Below are positions 8,569 through 17,766 of a stretch of 64,000 nt of DNA, piece by piece. Origin of the DNA: Planctomycetota bacterium. GTDB lineage: Bacteria > Planctomycetota > Planctomycetia > Pirellulales > Lacipirellulaceae. Positions within the stretch are counted from its first letter, which is position 1, and the number at the start of each line of letters is the position of its first letter. The notes beneath the pieces were generated by a model, which made no database searches, was not told where the DNA came from, and worked only from the letters and a program-made list of their open reading frames with translations. The stretch is taken from contig JBCCXZ010000007.1 in assembly GCA_039190745.1 (NCBI GenBank), positions 1 through 64,000 of the forward strand. The letters run 5' to 3'. Position numbers and translations under genes: made by a program.

Positions 8569-9873
8569 TCAATCGATTGCGTTCGCGCCCTGGATCAGCG
8601 AGATGAACTCGCCGTTGGACTTGAACTTGCCGAGCTTTGATGTGAGCTGCTCCATCGCATCGACGTGGTGCATCGAGGACAGTGTCCGACGCAGCATCGT
8701 CGCGGCGTTCAGCGTCTCGGACGGCAGCAGCAACTCCTCGCGTCGGGTGCCGGACTGCTGCAGGTCGATCGAGGGCCAGACGCGGCGGTCGGCGAGCTTG
8801 CGGTCGAGGACCAACTCCATGTTGCCGGTGCCCTTGAACTCCTGAAAGATCAGCTCGTCCATCCGGCTGCCGGTGTCTATGAGCGCCGTCCCCACGATCG
8901 TCAGCGAGCCGCCCTCCTCGAACGCCCGTGCGGTCGCGAAGAGCTTCTTGGGGATGTCCATCGCCTTGATGTCGACGCCGCCGCTCATCGTGCGGCCGGT
9001 GTTGCCGACCCACTTGTTGAAGGCGCGGGCAAGTCGGGTGATCGAGTCCATCAGCAGGAACACGTCTTTGCCCATCTCCGCCAAGCGTTGGCAGCGGGCG
9101 ATCACGAGCTGCGACAGGCGGACGTGGCTCTCCACGTCGTTGTCGAGGCTGCTCGCGAAGACTTCGCCGTTCACGTTGCGCCGCATGTCGGTGACTTCTT
9201 CCGGACGCTCATCGATCAGCAGGACGACCATCGTGAGGTTCGGGTAGTTCTCGGCGATGCCGTGGCTAATGTGCTGCATCAGCACGGTCTTGCCCGTCCG
9301 TGGGGGTGCGACGATCAGAGCGCGTTGCCCCTTGCCCAACGGCGTGAGCAGGTCCATCACGCGGGTGCTCACCGGTTCGGCCCCGGTCTCGAGCCGCAAC
9401 CACTGCTCGGGAGTTATCGGCGTCAGCCCCTCGAACGACTTGACGTTGGCGTAGTCCTCGGGCGCCATGCCGTCGACGTCGAGAAGCTCCCGGAGGCGCG
9501 GGCCCTGTTGCTTGCGGTGACGCTGCACCATGCCGTGCAGCAGCAGACCCTCGCGGAGCCCGAACTTCTCGATCATCGTGCCGGGCACGAAGGGGTCGGT
9601 CCGCTCGCGGGTGAAGTTGGTCTTTGGGTCGCGTAGGAAGCCGTAGCCGTTGGGGTGCATCTCGAGGATGCCCGAGCCCGGCACGAGCGGCAACGGGTCT
9701 CCGTCTTCGACGTAGTCGTTGTCGTGCCGCCGGTCTTGGCCGCCGCCCTGCCGGCGACGCCCGCCGCCCCGGCCGCCGGAGCGGTTGTACCTGCCGTTGC
9801 CGCCGCCGTTGTTATTGTTGTTCTGCTTGCCGCCACGGTAGCGGCCGCCTGAACGGTTCTTCTTCTTCGCCAT
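8569..9873 (-). CDS. rho: Transcription termination factor Rho
   Basis: GILEMHPNGYGFLR, PLGKGQRALIVAPPRTGKT, LLIDERPEEVTDM, DSITRLARAFN, FKGTGNMEL. Start at MAKKKN (9873). Confidence 0.97.
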   Translation of the reverse strand: MAKKKNRSGGRYRGGKQNNNNNGGGNGRYNRSGGRGGGRRRQGGGQDRRHDNDYVEDGDPLPLVPGSGILEMHPNGYGFLRDPKTNFTRERTDPFVPGTMIEKFGLREGLLLHGMVQRHRKQQGPRLRELLDVDGMAPEDYANVKSFEGLTPITPEQWLRLETGAEPVSTRVMDLLTPLGKGQRALIVAPPRTGKTVLMQHISHGIAENYPNLTMVVLLIDERPEEVTDMRRNVNGEVFASSLDNDVESHVRLSQLVIARCQRLAEMGKDVFLLMDSITRLARAFNKWVGNTGRTMSGGVDIKAMDIPKKLFATARAFEEGGSLTIVGTALIDTGSRMDELIFQEFKGTGNMELVLDRKLADRRVWPSIDLQQSGTRREELLLPSETLNAATMLRRTLSSMHHVDAMEQLTSKLGKFKSNGEFISLIQGANAID

Positions 9874-11004
9874 TTTTCTCAAGCAATCCAAACAAGTAAG
9901 CGGTGCGTAACACGCACCTGAAAACCGGGCACGCCGCGGTGCGGCATCGCCCCGGTACTGTCTTCTTATCGAGCCGCGCTACCGTCTGTAGCGAGACCGT
10001 GTAGCAAGGCCCCGCCCGATCAACGCCTATTCTGGCGAAGCCGCAACAACTGGGCCTGTCTAGGTCACTACGCCCAGTGGGCCTTCAATAGCCTCACAAC
10101 GCGGTTCAGCGTCGGCGGCCGAAGCAACCAACACCGCAACGCGGGGGGCATCCGACCGAGATTTGGAAACAATCTCGGAACGGTGAGCCCAATGGTCGCT
10201 CGACGGATGCGGTCCGCAATGTCGTGTCTCGGGAGGGCCCGCAAGCAGGGCCGACGGAGTGACACGCACCCTCGCGTCTGCAGTCGCCGAAAACTCCTAT
10301 GCTCGTCCACTCGCAGTGGTTCTAACGCGGCCGGCTCGGCGGGATGCCCCACAAAGCCGTTGCCCGTTTTCGGTGATGCCCCGGCGTTGGCGTAGGCGTC
10401 CAACAGGACCGCAGATTTGCCCGGCCTGCTGATGCTCGATCTCACCAACTGTTGTTAGTCGCCACCCAGGCTACGGGCCTTCGGGATGCACCAACACCCG
10501 GCATTATCCAGGTCGTCGCGGGACGAGACCCTCAACGAAACGGTAATCACGCCGTTGTGAACCCAGAGGCCGCAATACCACCGCGGGCTGGCAAAAGTAG
10601 GCCGCACTGGCCAACGCGCACCCGCCAGGGAAGTTGCTGCTACCCGATCCGCCAAAAGAGGGGGAAATCGAGTGAGCCGCCTCGGGCTCGAAGAACCTAC
10701 ATGCACGTAGGAATTAAGTCTGCAGAGAGTATCAGCCACGGGGGAAATGCTGTCAAGCGAGTTCTAGCCACTCCCGCTAGAGCCCCACGTCCGGTTCTCT
10801 CAGACCGAAAAACTCGGATTTCCTAGTGTAGCAGGGGCAAGTTCCGAGAACGCCAGCAGTCACAAAACGGGCCGGAAAAACCCGCAGAATCCCTGTAATC
10901 GGCGGCCGCAGCTCGTCGATAACCGAAGCGTGGGCGCCGTGTACCGGCCACTGCCAGGACCGTTCGGCGCTCTCCAACATCACTCCTCAAATAGCAGAAA
11001 TCGC

Positions 11005-12066
11005 ATGCTCTTCTCACGTCGCCACTCTCTCGAAGCAGGCATGATCCTTTTGCTGCTGAACGCTCCCGCACTCGCGACCGCAGACAGCGTGGCGTGGCGG
11101 CGAGACCTCGACGCGGCCAAGGTCGAGGCGGCCGAGAACCAAAAGCTTGTGCTCCTGCACTTCTGGACTCCCAGCTGCGGCCCATGCCGCGGGCTGGACA
11201 AGAACGTCTTCAGCCAAGCGCACTTTGGGTCTGCACTCGAGCAGAACTATATCCCAGTCAAAGTGAACGCCGATCAGGCGCCCGCCTTGGCGGCGGCATT
11301 CGGGGTGAACCGGGTGCCGACTGATATTGTGCTGACCTCGCAGGGCAATGTCCTGGCAAGCCTGGCCTGCCCCGCCAAACCCGAAGCCTACCTCGAGCAG
11401 GCCGCTTCGGTAGCCCAACACTTCCAGCAGCAAGGTGCGTTGGCGCAGAGTACCTCTTCCCAGACTGCAGCGGTCGCCGCCTACGCCGGGCTGCAAGTCG
11501 GAGTCCCGGCGCCGTCGCAAGCACAAACGGTCCAAAACAAGTACCCCGCGCAGACGCCCGCCGTTGTGCAGTCCGCTAGCGGAGGCCCGGCCACCGTCCG
11601 CAATCCGTACACCGTAACGCCGGAAACAAACCCGGCTCCCAGCGCCGTAGTCGCGACTCCCGCTGCCCACGAAGCAACCGCCGAGAACCCACCGCTGGCG
11701 CTCGACGGGTTCTGCCCAGTTTCGCTACGCGCTAAGCGTGCATGGACGAAGGGAGACGCCAAAATCGGGGCCATCCATCGCGGGCAGACATTTCTGTTCG
11801 CCGCGGAAGCCGAGCGTTCCCAGTTCCTGGCAAACCCCGACGCCTACAGCCCGGTCTTCTCGGGGCTCGACCCGGTGCTGCTCCTGGACCAGAACAAAGC
11901 GGTTCCCGGGAGCCGTGCCTTCGGCTTCGACTACATGGGAGCCTTCTACCTGTTCAGCTCGGCTGAAACCAAAGCCGCTTTCGCTGCAAAGCCCTCCGAC
12001 TACGCCGTAGCGGTACGCGAAGCGATGCTGCGTGTCGACTCCGGAGCCGGGACTCTCAGGCGGTAG
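11005..12066 (+). CDS. Exported thioredoxin-family protein with tandem YHS-like domains
   Basis: Signal peptide, LHFWTPSCGPC, Pro/Ala/Gln linker, LDGFCPVSL...FLANPDAY and GLDPVLL...YLFSSAETKAAFAAKP. Confidence 0.85.
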   Translation: MLFSRRHSLEAGMILLLLNAPALATADSVAWRRDLDAAKVEAAENQKLVLLHFWTPSCGPCRGLDKNVFSQAHFGSALEQNYIPVKVNADQAPALAAAFGVNRVPTDIVLTSQGNVLASLACPAKPEAYLEQAASVAQHFQQQGALAQSTSSQTAAVAAYAGLQVGVPAPSQAQTVQNKYPAQTPAVVQSASGGPATVRNPYTVTPETNPAPSAVVATPAAHEATAENPPLALDGFCPVSLRAKRAWTKGDAKIGAIHRGQTFLFAAEAERSQFLANPDAYSPVFSGLDPVLLLDQNKAVPGSRAFGFDYMGAFYLFSSAETKAAFAAKPSDYAVAVREAMLRVDSGAGTLRR

Positions 12067-12403
12067 AGCTTCGGCCGACGGCCAGGACGCGGTACTAGAA
12101 GTTTCGCCCCCGTGTTTTCTGCAGAAACGTTCACGGAGTTCTGCCTCCGCGGATTCTGCGCCTAAGATGGGAAACATGGATCGCGTCGGCGGTTCTCCGT
12201 CGCTGGACAACTGAACCGAAGACTCAGTCTTTGCGGCACCTAGGCCGCACCGCAATACCGCAAGCGACGAGGCCGGGGCGATCCTCTTTTCTTTCCTTGG
12301 CTGTCTTTCTTTAGCTAGGCCTACGCCTTTGCCGGCGTCGCCCCGCTGGCCGTGGCCGATGGATTTTCAGGGCGCGAACCCAACGGAATGGTCGACAGGC
12401 CGG

Positions 12404-12874
12404 TCAGTCTGAGAACGGCTCGATCCGCTTCACCATCTTCTGATGAGGGATCCCGAGTTCTTGAAAGCCGGCGCCTTCGGGCACGTAACCGAGCTTCGAG
12501 TAAAAGCGTGTCGCGTCTGCCCTCGCCTGCAGCCAGATATCGGTGACGCCGCGGGCGGAGAGTTCCCCCTCCGCGAATTCCATCATTTGCGTTCCAACTC
12601 CCGAACGCTGAGACGGCTCATCGACCGCGATCTGCCGCAGCCGTGCCGAACTAGCCCCGTTCTCCGAGTCGGCGAAGGCGACAACCGCAATCAGGCAACC
12701 CACGACCCTATTGCCCTCGAAGGCAGAGAAATGGAGCTGCGTGTCCTCCCCGTCGGTATCCTCCGGACGCATCGTCAGCCCCAGAGGCTTCCGGAGCACG
12801 CGCTCTCGGAGTTCGCGGGCACAGATGTACTCTTCTGAGCCGTAGGCGATTACTCGAACCTCAACCGTCTTCAT
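12404..12874 (-). CDS. GNAT family N-acetyltransferase (ElaA/YjcF-like)
   Basis: LRERVLRKPLG, RLRQIAVDEPSQRSGVG, FYSKLGY, GIPHQKM. The upstream part of track ORF 12404..13711 is an alternative frame over the neighbouring gene. Confidence 0.9.
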   Translation of the reverse strand: MKTVEVRVIAYGSEEYICARELRERVLRKPLGLTMRPEDTDGEDTQLHFSAFEGNRVVGCLIAVVAFADSENGASSARLRQIAVDEPSQRSGVGTQMMEFAEGELSARGVTDIWLQARADATRFYSKLGYVPEGAGFQELGIPHQKMVKRIEPFSD

Positions 12875-13008
12875 CGCCGCGTACTCCAGCACGCATCCGC
12901 TCGCAACATTCTGCCAGTCGTCGAACCCTAGTCCCGCGCCGGCCGAAAGACAAGGCGGCTGAACAAACCACAAGGCGCAGACTGCCTGAGGTAAGGAAAC
13001 CGCGGCCG

Positions 13009-13674
13009 CTACGGCTTCTCTTTGAGAGACCGCTGCAGTTGGATGACCTGAGCACGGACCTCTTCCATGCTGGGGTTCAGCCGGAGCGCGCGGCGGTAAG
13101 ACTCCAACGCTAGAGGCTGGTCGCCCAGCCTCAAGTAGGCTTGGCCCATGGTCGAAGCGGCGGGGAAGTGGTAGGCGTTGATTTCCAGCGCCTGGTGGCA
13201 GTCGCGGCTGGCCGCCTCGAACTGGCCGAGCTGGAAATAGGCCCGCCCGCGCTGGTACCAGACCTCGGCAATCCAGGGGGCCTCCTGAACAAGAACCGTC
13301 GCCAGCTGCGACGCCCCGGGGAAGTCTTTGTCCGCAAGGCGTTGGTCGATGGCGGCGAGCCGGCGACGCTGGTACTGCGTGCCAACACGCATCCAGACCC
13401 GCCGGATCGAGTTCTCGGCCAGCGTTCGGACGCCTCGGTCGGCGTCGATCAGGGCCCGGCCCAGCACCGCGTTCGACGAGTACTCGGCGGTCTGCCCCAA
13501 AGCCAAAACAGCGGCGCGGCGGGCCGTCCGATCCCCCGACTGGGCCAACCGCTCCAGAGCGCCTATCGTGTACTTCTGCAGCACGCGACGCACGAAGACG
13601 CCGATGTCTTGATTCGCCAAGTACAGGTCGTAGTGCTGCACCAGCAGCGGGCGATGTTTTGGAGTGCTGCTCAC
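13009..13674 (-). CDS. HEAT-repeat + TPR protein
   Basis: ARRAAVLALG, LIDADRGVRTLAE (HEAT-like); AEVWYQRGRAYF, ALEINAYHF, YRRALRLNP (TPR). Confidence 0.85.
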   Translation of the reverse strand: MSSTPKHRPLLVQHYDLYLANQDIGVFVRRVLQKYTIGALERLAQSGDRTARRAAVLALGQTAEYSSNAVLGRALIDADRGVRTLAENSIRRVWMRVGTQYQRRRLAAIDQRLADKDFPGASQLATVLVQEAPWIAEVWYQRGRAYFQLGQFEAASRDCHQALEINAYHFPAASTMGQAYLRLGDQPLALESYRRALRLNPSMEEVRAQVIQLQRSLKEKP

Positions 13675-13779
13675 CGTTAGTAGCCGATATCTGGGACTCA
13701 GTGGCCTTCACCGGTTCGAATTCGAACCCGACCTACCGAGTTTAATTGCCGACTCCTTTTGCTCAACGAAAATGTGCTG

Positions 13780-14784
13780 ATGCGATACGCAATCAACCGT
13801 TTGTTCAGCAAGCAGAACAGAACTTTCCTTATCTGTTCCACTGCTTTTTGCTTGCAATTGCTCGTCGCGTGTGTTTGGACCGACAAGCCCGCGGCCGGGC
13901 AGAGCAGGGGGAGGCGGGAGTTACCCCGTCTAAGCGTCAACTGGAACGGCACACAGCTGCGGCCGGTGGTCGAGAGGCTGCAGCAAATCGGCGACGTGAG
14001 CGTGTGGATTGACCGGCGCGTCGACCCCTACGTGGAGCTCAATCACCAAGCGGAAGACCAGCCGCTGGATGAGGTGCTAGACGCCGCCGTCTCCAGCCAC
14101 GGCTGGCGGGCGGTTCGGTTCGGCGGGTGCCTCTACGTCGGCCCAAAAGAAACAGCCGAAGCGTTGCCCGCCCTGGCGTCTGCGCTGCGTTCAGAAATCC
14201 CCAAACCACGCGGCCAGTGGACGAAGCGGCTACCTAGAGCAACGCCGAGGGGAGCGGAGCCACGGAAGATTCTGGGCGAAACGCTGAGCGAGGTTCGCAC
14301 GGGGCTGACGAACCCCGAGGCGATCCCGTTCGACATCTGGCCGGAACGCAACGCCGGCTCTTCGACCCTCGTCGAGTTGACTGTCCTTGTCCTCGCGGGC
14401 TTCGACATGCGTGCAGAAGTCTCGGACGCTGGTCGTTCGCTCAAGGCTGTGCCGATCGACTACGCATCGTTGGGCTCCGAGGGAATCCCCGCCAAGCGTC
14501 GCCGTCCCGTGAAGCGGGCAAACGGCGCCGGCCGGTCTCGCGTCTACACCCTGCGTATCCGCGAGCAGCCGCTGAAGCCGATTGTGGAGCAACTGGCTGA
14601 GAGTACGAAGAGGTTGGTCCGGTGGGAACGATCTATCGCCGCCGCGGGACTGCGGACCGACGTGAGGGTCTCGATCGACGTCGAGCAGGCGACCTTCGAC
14701 GAGCTGCTCGCTGCCCTGCTTGAAGAGACCTCGCTGCGGCACCGACTGGAAGACGGGGCCATTGTTATCGAGCCCGCAAACTAA
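13780..14784 (+). CDS. Exported hypothetical protein with STN/secretin-N-like repeats
   Basis: Signal-like N-terminus; two LSVNW..PL..V / VSIDVEQATFDELL-type segments resembling STN domains. Confidence 0.55.
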   Translation: MRYAINRLFSKQNRTFLICSTAFCLQLLVACVWTDKPAAGQSRGRRELPRLSVNWNGTQLRPVVERLQQIGDVSVWIDRRVDPYVELNHQAEDQPLDEVLDAAVSSHGWRAVRFGGCLYVGPKETAEALPALASALRSEIPKPRGQWTKRLPRATPRGAEPRKILGETLSEVRTGLTNPEAIPFDIWPERNAGSSTLVELTVLVLAGFDMRAEVSDAGRSLKAVPIDYASLGSEGIPAKRRRPVKRANGAGRSRVYTLRIREQPLKPIVEQLAESTKRLVRWERSIAAAGLRTDVRVSIDVEQATFDELLAALLEETSLRHRLEDGAIVIEPAN

Positions 14785-14824
14785 TCGCACGGCCGACCAG
14801 CAACGCAGAAAAGCCGAGCAGCGC

Positions 14825-14857
14825 AAAAAAACAGACGCGCCTGCGACGCGTCTGTTT
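14825..14857 (-). terminator. Intrinsic terminator downstream of the CheY-like gene (possibly bidirectional)
   Basis: Inverted repeat AAACAGACGCG (14829-14839) / CGCGTCTGTTT (14847-14857) with an A7 run giving a U-tract on the minus strand, between convergent genes. Confidence 0.8.
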
Positions 14858-14884
14858 CAATGACTTTAGGGGATCGAGGCCGGC

Positions 14885-15247
14885 TCAGCAGCCGTGCTTC
14901 TCAAGCTTCTCGCGGAGCGTATCCGCGGTGAACGGTTTCACGAGGTAGTCGGAGACGCCCGCCTGGATCGCTTCCAGCACGCGGGACTTTTCCGCCTCGG
15001 TCGTGACCATGATGATGGGCACCTTGGCGTCCTGCTTCCGGATCTCCTGGATCACTTCCAGGCCGTTCTTGCCTGGCATGTTCCAGTCGGTCAGCACCAA
15101 GTCGAAGTCGCCCGGGTTGAACAGCTTGACGGCCTCGTCCCCGTCCGCGGCCTCGGTCGCCTCGGGTACGCCCACGGCGTTGAGAGAACGAAGGATGATC
15201 TTGCGCATAGTGCTCGAATCATCCGCTACCAAAACTCGCGTGCTCAT
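14885..15247 (-). CDS. cheY: Single-domain response regulator, CheY-like
   Basis: VLVADDSSTMRKII, DWNMPGKNG, MVTTEAEK, YLVKPFT. Confidence 0.88.
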   Translation of the reverse strand: MSTRVLVADDSSTMRKIILRSLNAVGVPEATEAADGDEAVKLFNPGDFDLVLTDWNMPGKNGLEVIQEIRKQDAKVPIIMVTTEAEKSRVLEAIQAGVSDYLVKPFTADTLREKLEKHGC

Positions 15248-15452
15248 GGTCTCTGCCTCTTGGGTTGACGCAACATCACGTACCCAACACGGACGGCGTT
15301 CCCGCCAACGCCCTGCTGGTTCACACAGAAACCTAGGTCAGGACCTTAGCGAGTCAAGAAAGCGTATCGACACCGCGCAGAGGCCGGATTCGACACTTCG
15401 GGTACCCGCTGAACCCAGATCCAGCGCGGGCATACGACGGGCGGAGCCGCTG

Positions 15453-15755
15453 TCAGCGGAGCAACCGTTCCAATTGGCCCCGAACCTCAGATTCGATCTT
15501 GCCCTTGAACATCATCGCGGAGATCGGGATCTCGCCCTGGAAGACGGCCTGATTCTCCTCGATCGTGATCGCTCCCTTCACCTGTATCGCGAAGGTCTTG
15601 AATGCAAAGTTCAGGGTGTTGCCGGTCCAACTCTGCTCAAGATCGCTCACCTTGTCGGCGAACTTGCGTTGGATCGACTCGGAAAAAGCCTCAAGGCGGC
15701 GGACGGCGTCTTCCGCCGGCAGCGAATGGGGAATGGTGAATCCTATCTTGGGCAC
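15453..15755 (-). CDS. Polyhydroxyalkanoic acid system family protein (PHA_gran_rgn)
   Basis: IPHSL..EDA..RL, W.GNTLNF, MFKGKIESEV pattern, 100 aa. Confidence 0.75.
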   Translation of the reverse strand: MPKIGFTIPHSLPAEDAVRRLEAFSESIQRKFADKVSDLEQSWTGNTLNFAFKTFAIQVKGAITIEENQAVFQGEIPISAMMFKGKIESEVRGQLERLLR

Positions 15756-15832
15756 GTCGTTCCTTCGGTTAGTTGGCTCTTCCGCTGCGGAGAGGCGATC
15801 CGCCAGCCTGCTCTCGATTCAGACTGCCCGCA

Positions 15833-16036
15833 TCAGGCCGACTCGTCGTCGCCATACTCGAGGCGGTCTTCATTGTGCCAGAGGGGGAGCCCCGCCCTGA
15901 CGCGCGAGGCGAGTATCTCCAGTTTCTCATCGCTGCCCGGCAACGCGCGGGTCGAACGAAACCTGGCTTCACTCACCGTCTCGGGCTCGAAATCCCAGAT
16001 ACCTTCGTTGATTGCCTCAAGAACTGACTTCGGCAC
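15833..16036 (-). CDS. Small hypothetical protein (TxALPGSxEKLxxLxxRxxxGLPLWH motif)
   Basis: Strong RBS (GAGGAG) before GTG; 67-aa ORF with a motif I recall from small planctomycete proteins. Confidence 0.7.
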   Translation of the reverse strand: MPKSVLEAINEGIWDFEPETVSEARFRSTRALPGSDEKLEILASRVRAGLPLWHNEDRLEYGDDESA

Positions 16037-16153
16037 GACACCTGCTCCTCAATGCACGCAGAAGTTTCGTCCGCTGCCCCGCCTCTGCACAACGCAGCGT
16101 TGCACAGTGCAGCCCCAAACCAGTTTGCGAGTATTACCGATTCAGGGGGGGTG

Positions 16154-16894
16154 TCAAGCAAATCGGCCCATCCGGTCGGCGTCGCGAACCGCGCTAATCA
16201 TCGCTGCCGCTTCTGCCACCCGCTCTCGGCTAACGCGGCCTGCCCGGCCACCCACACAAACGGCGCCGCGGACGCCGAGTACGGAAGGAATAGGATGCAG
16301 TAGCCGTTCGAAGTCCTTCAGACAGAGCCTCCCTGCAACCGCCATACCGAGCTGCTTTTCCTCAGCCTTGTATGCGAGAATCCCAACCTCGCCCGGCGAC
16401 AGCAGATCGAGCAGCCCCGGGCCTACTTTGTTGTACGTATCAAGCAGCAACCAATCCGCTCCTACACTCGCCGCCGCCGCAAGCACGTCTTCAGGCGGGG
16501 GCGATTCCGCCACACGCCAATCCGCATAAGCGCCTAACGCAAAGAGCTTTCCACACTTGCGAGTCTTCGAGACGGCTCCTTCAAGGCGTTCGGTCCAATC
16601 CAAGTTCGCCCCGCAACCAGCGGTGCCAAACTTGAGCAGTCGCAGCCCGGCAAGGCCTGCGAGCGCACAGTTTCGGCCTTCTGCAAAGTCCAGCAACTCA
16701 CCGCACGCGGCAGAAACCGGGACGCGTCCCTGCACACGCTCCACCACAGAGGCCGCAACAGATGTTTCCACGGGCCCCAAAGGACCGCGCAGCGGTTCCT
16801 TCAGGTCGATCCAATCCGCCCCACCCTCCAAAGCGTCCCGGGCTTCGTCAGCGTCGCGGACGCTGACGAGAAGGCTAGGCCGAGGGGCCGTCAT
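16154..16894 (-). CDS. mfnB: (5-formylfuran-3-yl)methyl phosphate synthase (DUF556)
   Basis: LLVSVRDADEA..ALEGGADWIDLKEP.RGPLG, VSAACGEL, LLLDTYNK, GVRGAVC.GGR; ATGA overlap with the upstream gene. Confidence 0.88.
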   Translation of the reverse strand: MTAPRPSLLVSVRDADEARDALEGGADWIDLKEPLRGPLGPVETSVAASVVERVQGRVPVSAACGELLDFAEGRNCALAGLAGLRLLKFGTAGCGANLDWTERLEGAVSKTRKCGKLFALGAYADWRVAESPPPEDVLAAAASVGADWLLLDTYNKVGPGLLDLLSPGEVGILAYKAEEKQLGMAVAGRLCLKDFERLLHPIPSVLGVRGAVCVGGRAGRVSRERVAEAAAMISAVRDADRMGRFA

Positions 16895-17439
16895 GCCTCC
16901 ACCCGAGCATCTGGCTCTTCTTTGGCCGCCCGCGAGAGCTCGGCGAGACGCCTGTTGAGTCTCCCGACGGTCGCACCAGACAATGGCTCGCACCAGGCCC
17001 CTCGGATCGTCACATAGCCGTCACACCAACGGCCCAGCGCGGGCTTCACAGCTTGAGATTCCCACTCTGGCGCTTTACGCGAAAGACGCGCAATCAGATT
17101 GACTGCCTCACCCTGCTTGCCGGGGGCTTCCGGGACGCCCGACGGGCTCTGCCCGAGAAAGAAAGCCTCCACGTGCCTCAGTGGCACTGCGTGGGGTTTG
17201 ATCGAACCGAGGTGGAAGCAGACCTCTTCGCCGTTGAAAGAAATCCGCGGGCGGAACATCTGGATCGCGAGCAGGAGCATAGCCCAGCCGGCACCGATGC
17301 TAACCGAGCCGCCCAACGCCCAGGCCCACCAGCCCCAACCGCTGCCCATGATCGCCCCCCCGGCGGCGCCGATCGCGGCCACAGGGAACGCCGCCAGCAG
17401 CAGCACGCGTCGATTCGGTCTCAGCCAGGTCTCGGTCAT
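16891..17439 (-). CDS. Hypothetical membrane protein (2 TM + soluble domain)
   Basis: Two hydrophobic segments; stop overlaps the mfnB start. Confidence 0.7.
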   Translation of the reverse strand: MTETWLRPNRRVLLLAAFPVAAIGAAGGAIMGSGWGWWAWALGGSVSIGAGWAMLLLAIQMFRPRISFNGEEVCFHLGSIKPHAVPLRHVEAFFLGQSPSGVPEAPGKQGEAVNLIARLSRKAPEWESQAVKPALGRWCDGYVTIRGAWCEPLSGATVGRLNRRLAELSRAAKEEPDARVEA

Positions 17440-17766
17440 CCCCTATCACTAACCCTCAGGGCGCTGGCCGTCCACCTCTGGAGCCCAACGGCTCTCCGAC
17501 ACCGAGCCGGTCAGACGGGTTGGAGCGGTGGTGCGTGTTAGCACAAGCGGAGCATAGCCGCCTGAAAGGGCCTCACTCGAAGAGGCCTGCTGCTTCCGCC
17601 TCAGAAGCGACCTACCTTTGCCTTGATCCAAAAGCCGTCACCGGCCGCGCGTAACCCTTGGCGACCAGCCATGGACGCGGCCCGAGGGAGTCCGTAGTCT
17701 GACAAACCATTGGAGCGGCCCCGGCCGCCCGGAGAAAGCGTCCACGTGGCAACCGACCTGACAAGC

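Noticed and set aside
12875..13711. N-terminal 279 aa of the tracked 435-aa GNAT ORF as a fusion
   Set aside because: Mostly overlaps the HEAT/TPR gene in another frame and reads as Arg/Pro-rich noise; the GNAT begins at ATG 12874.
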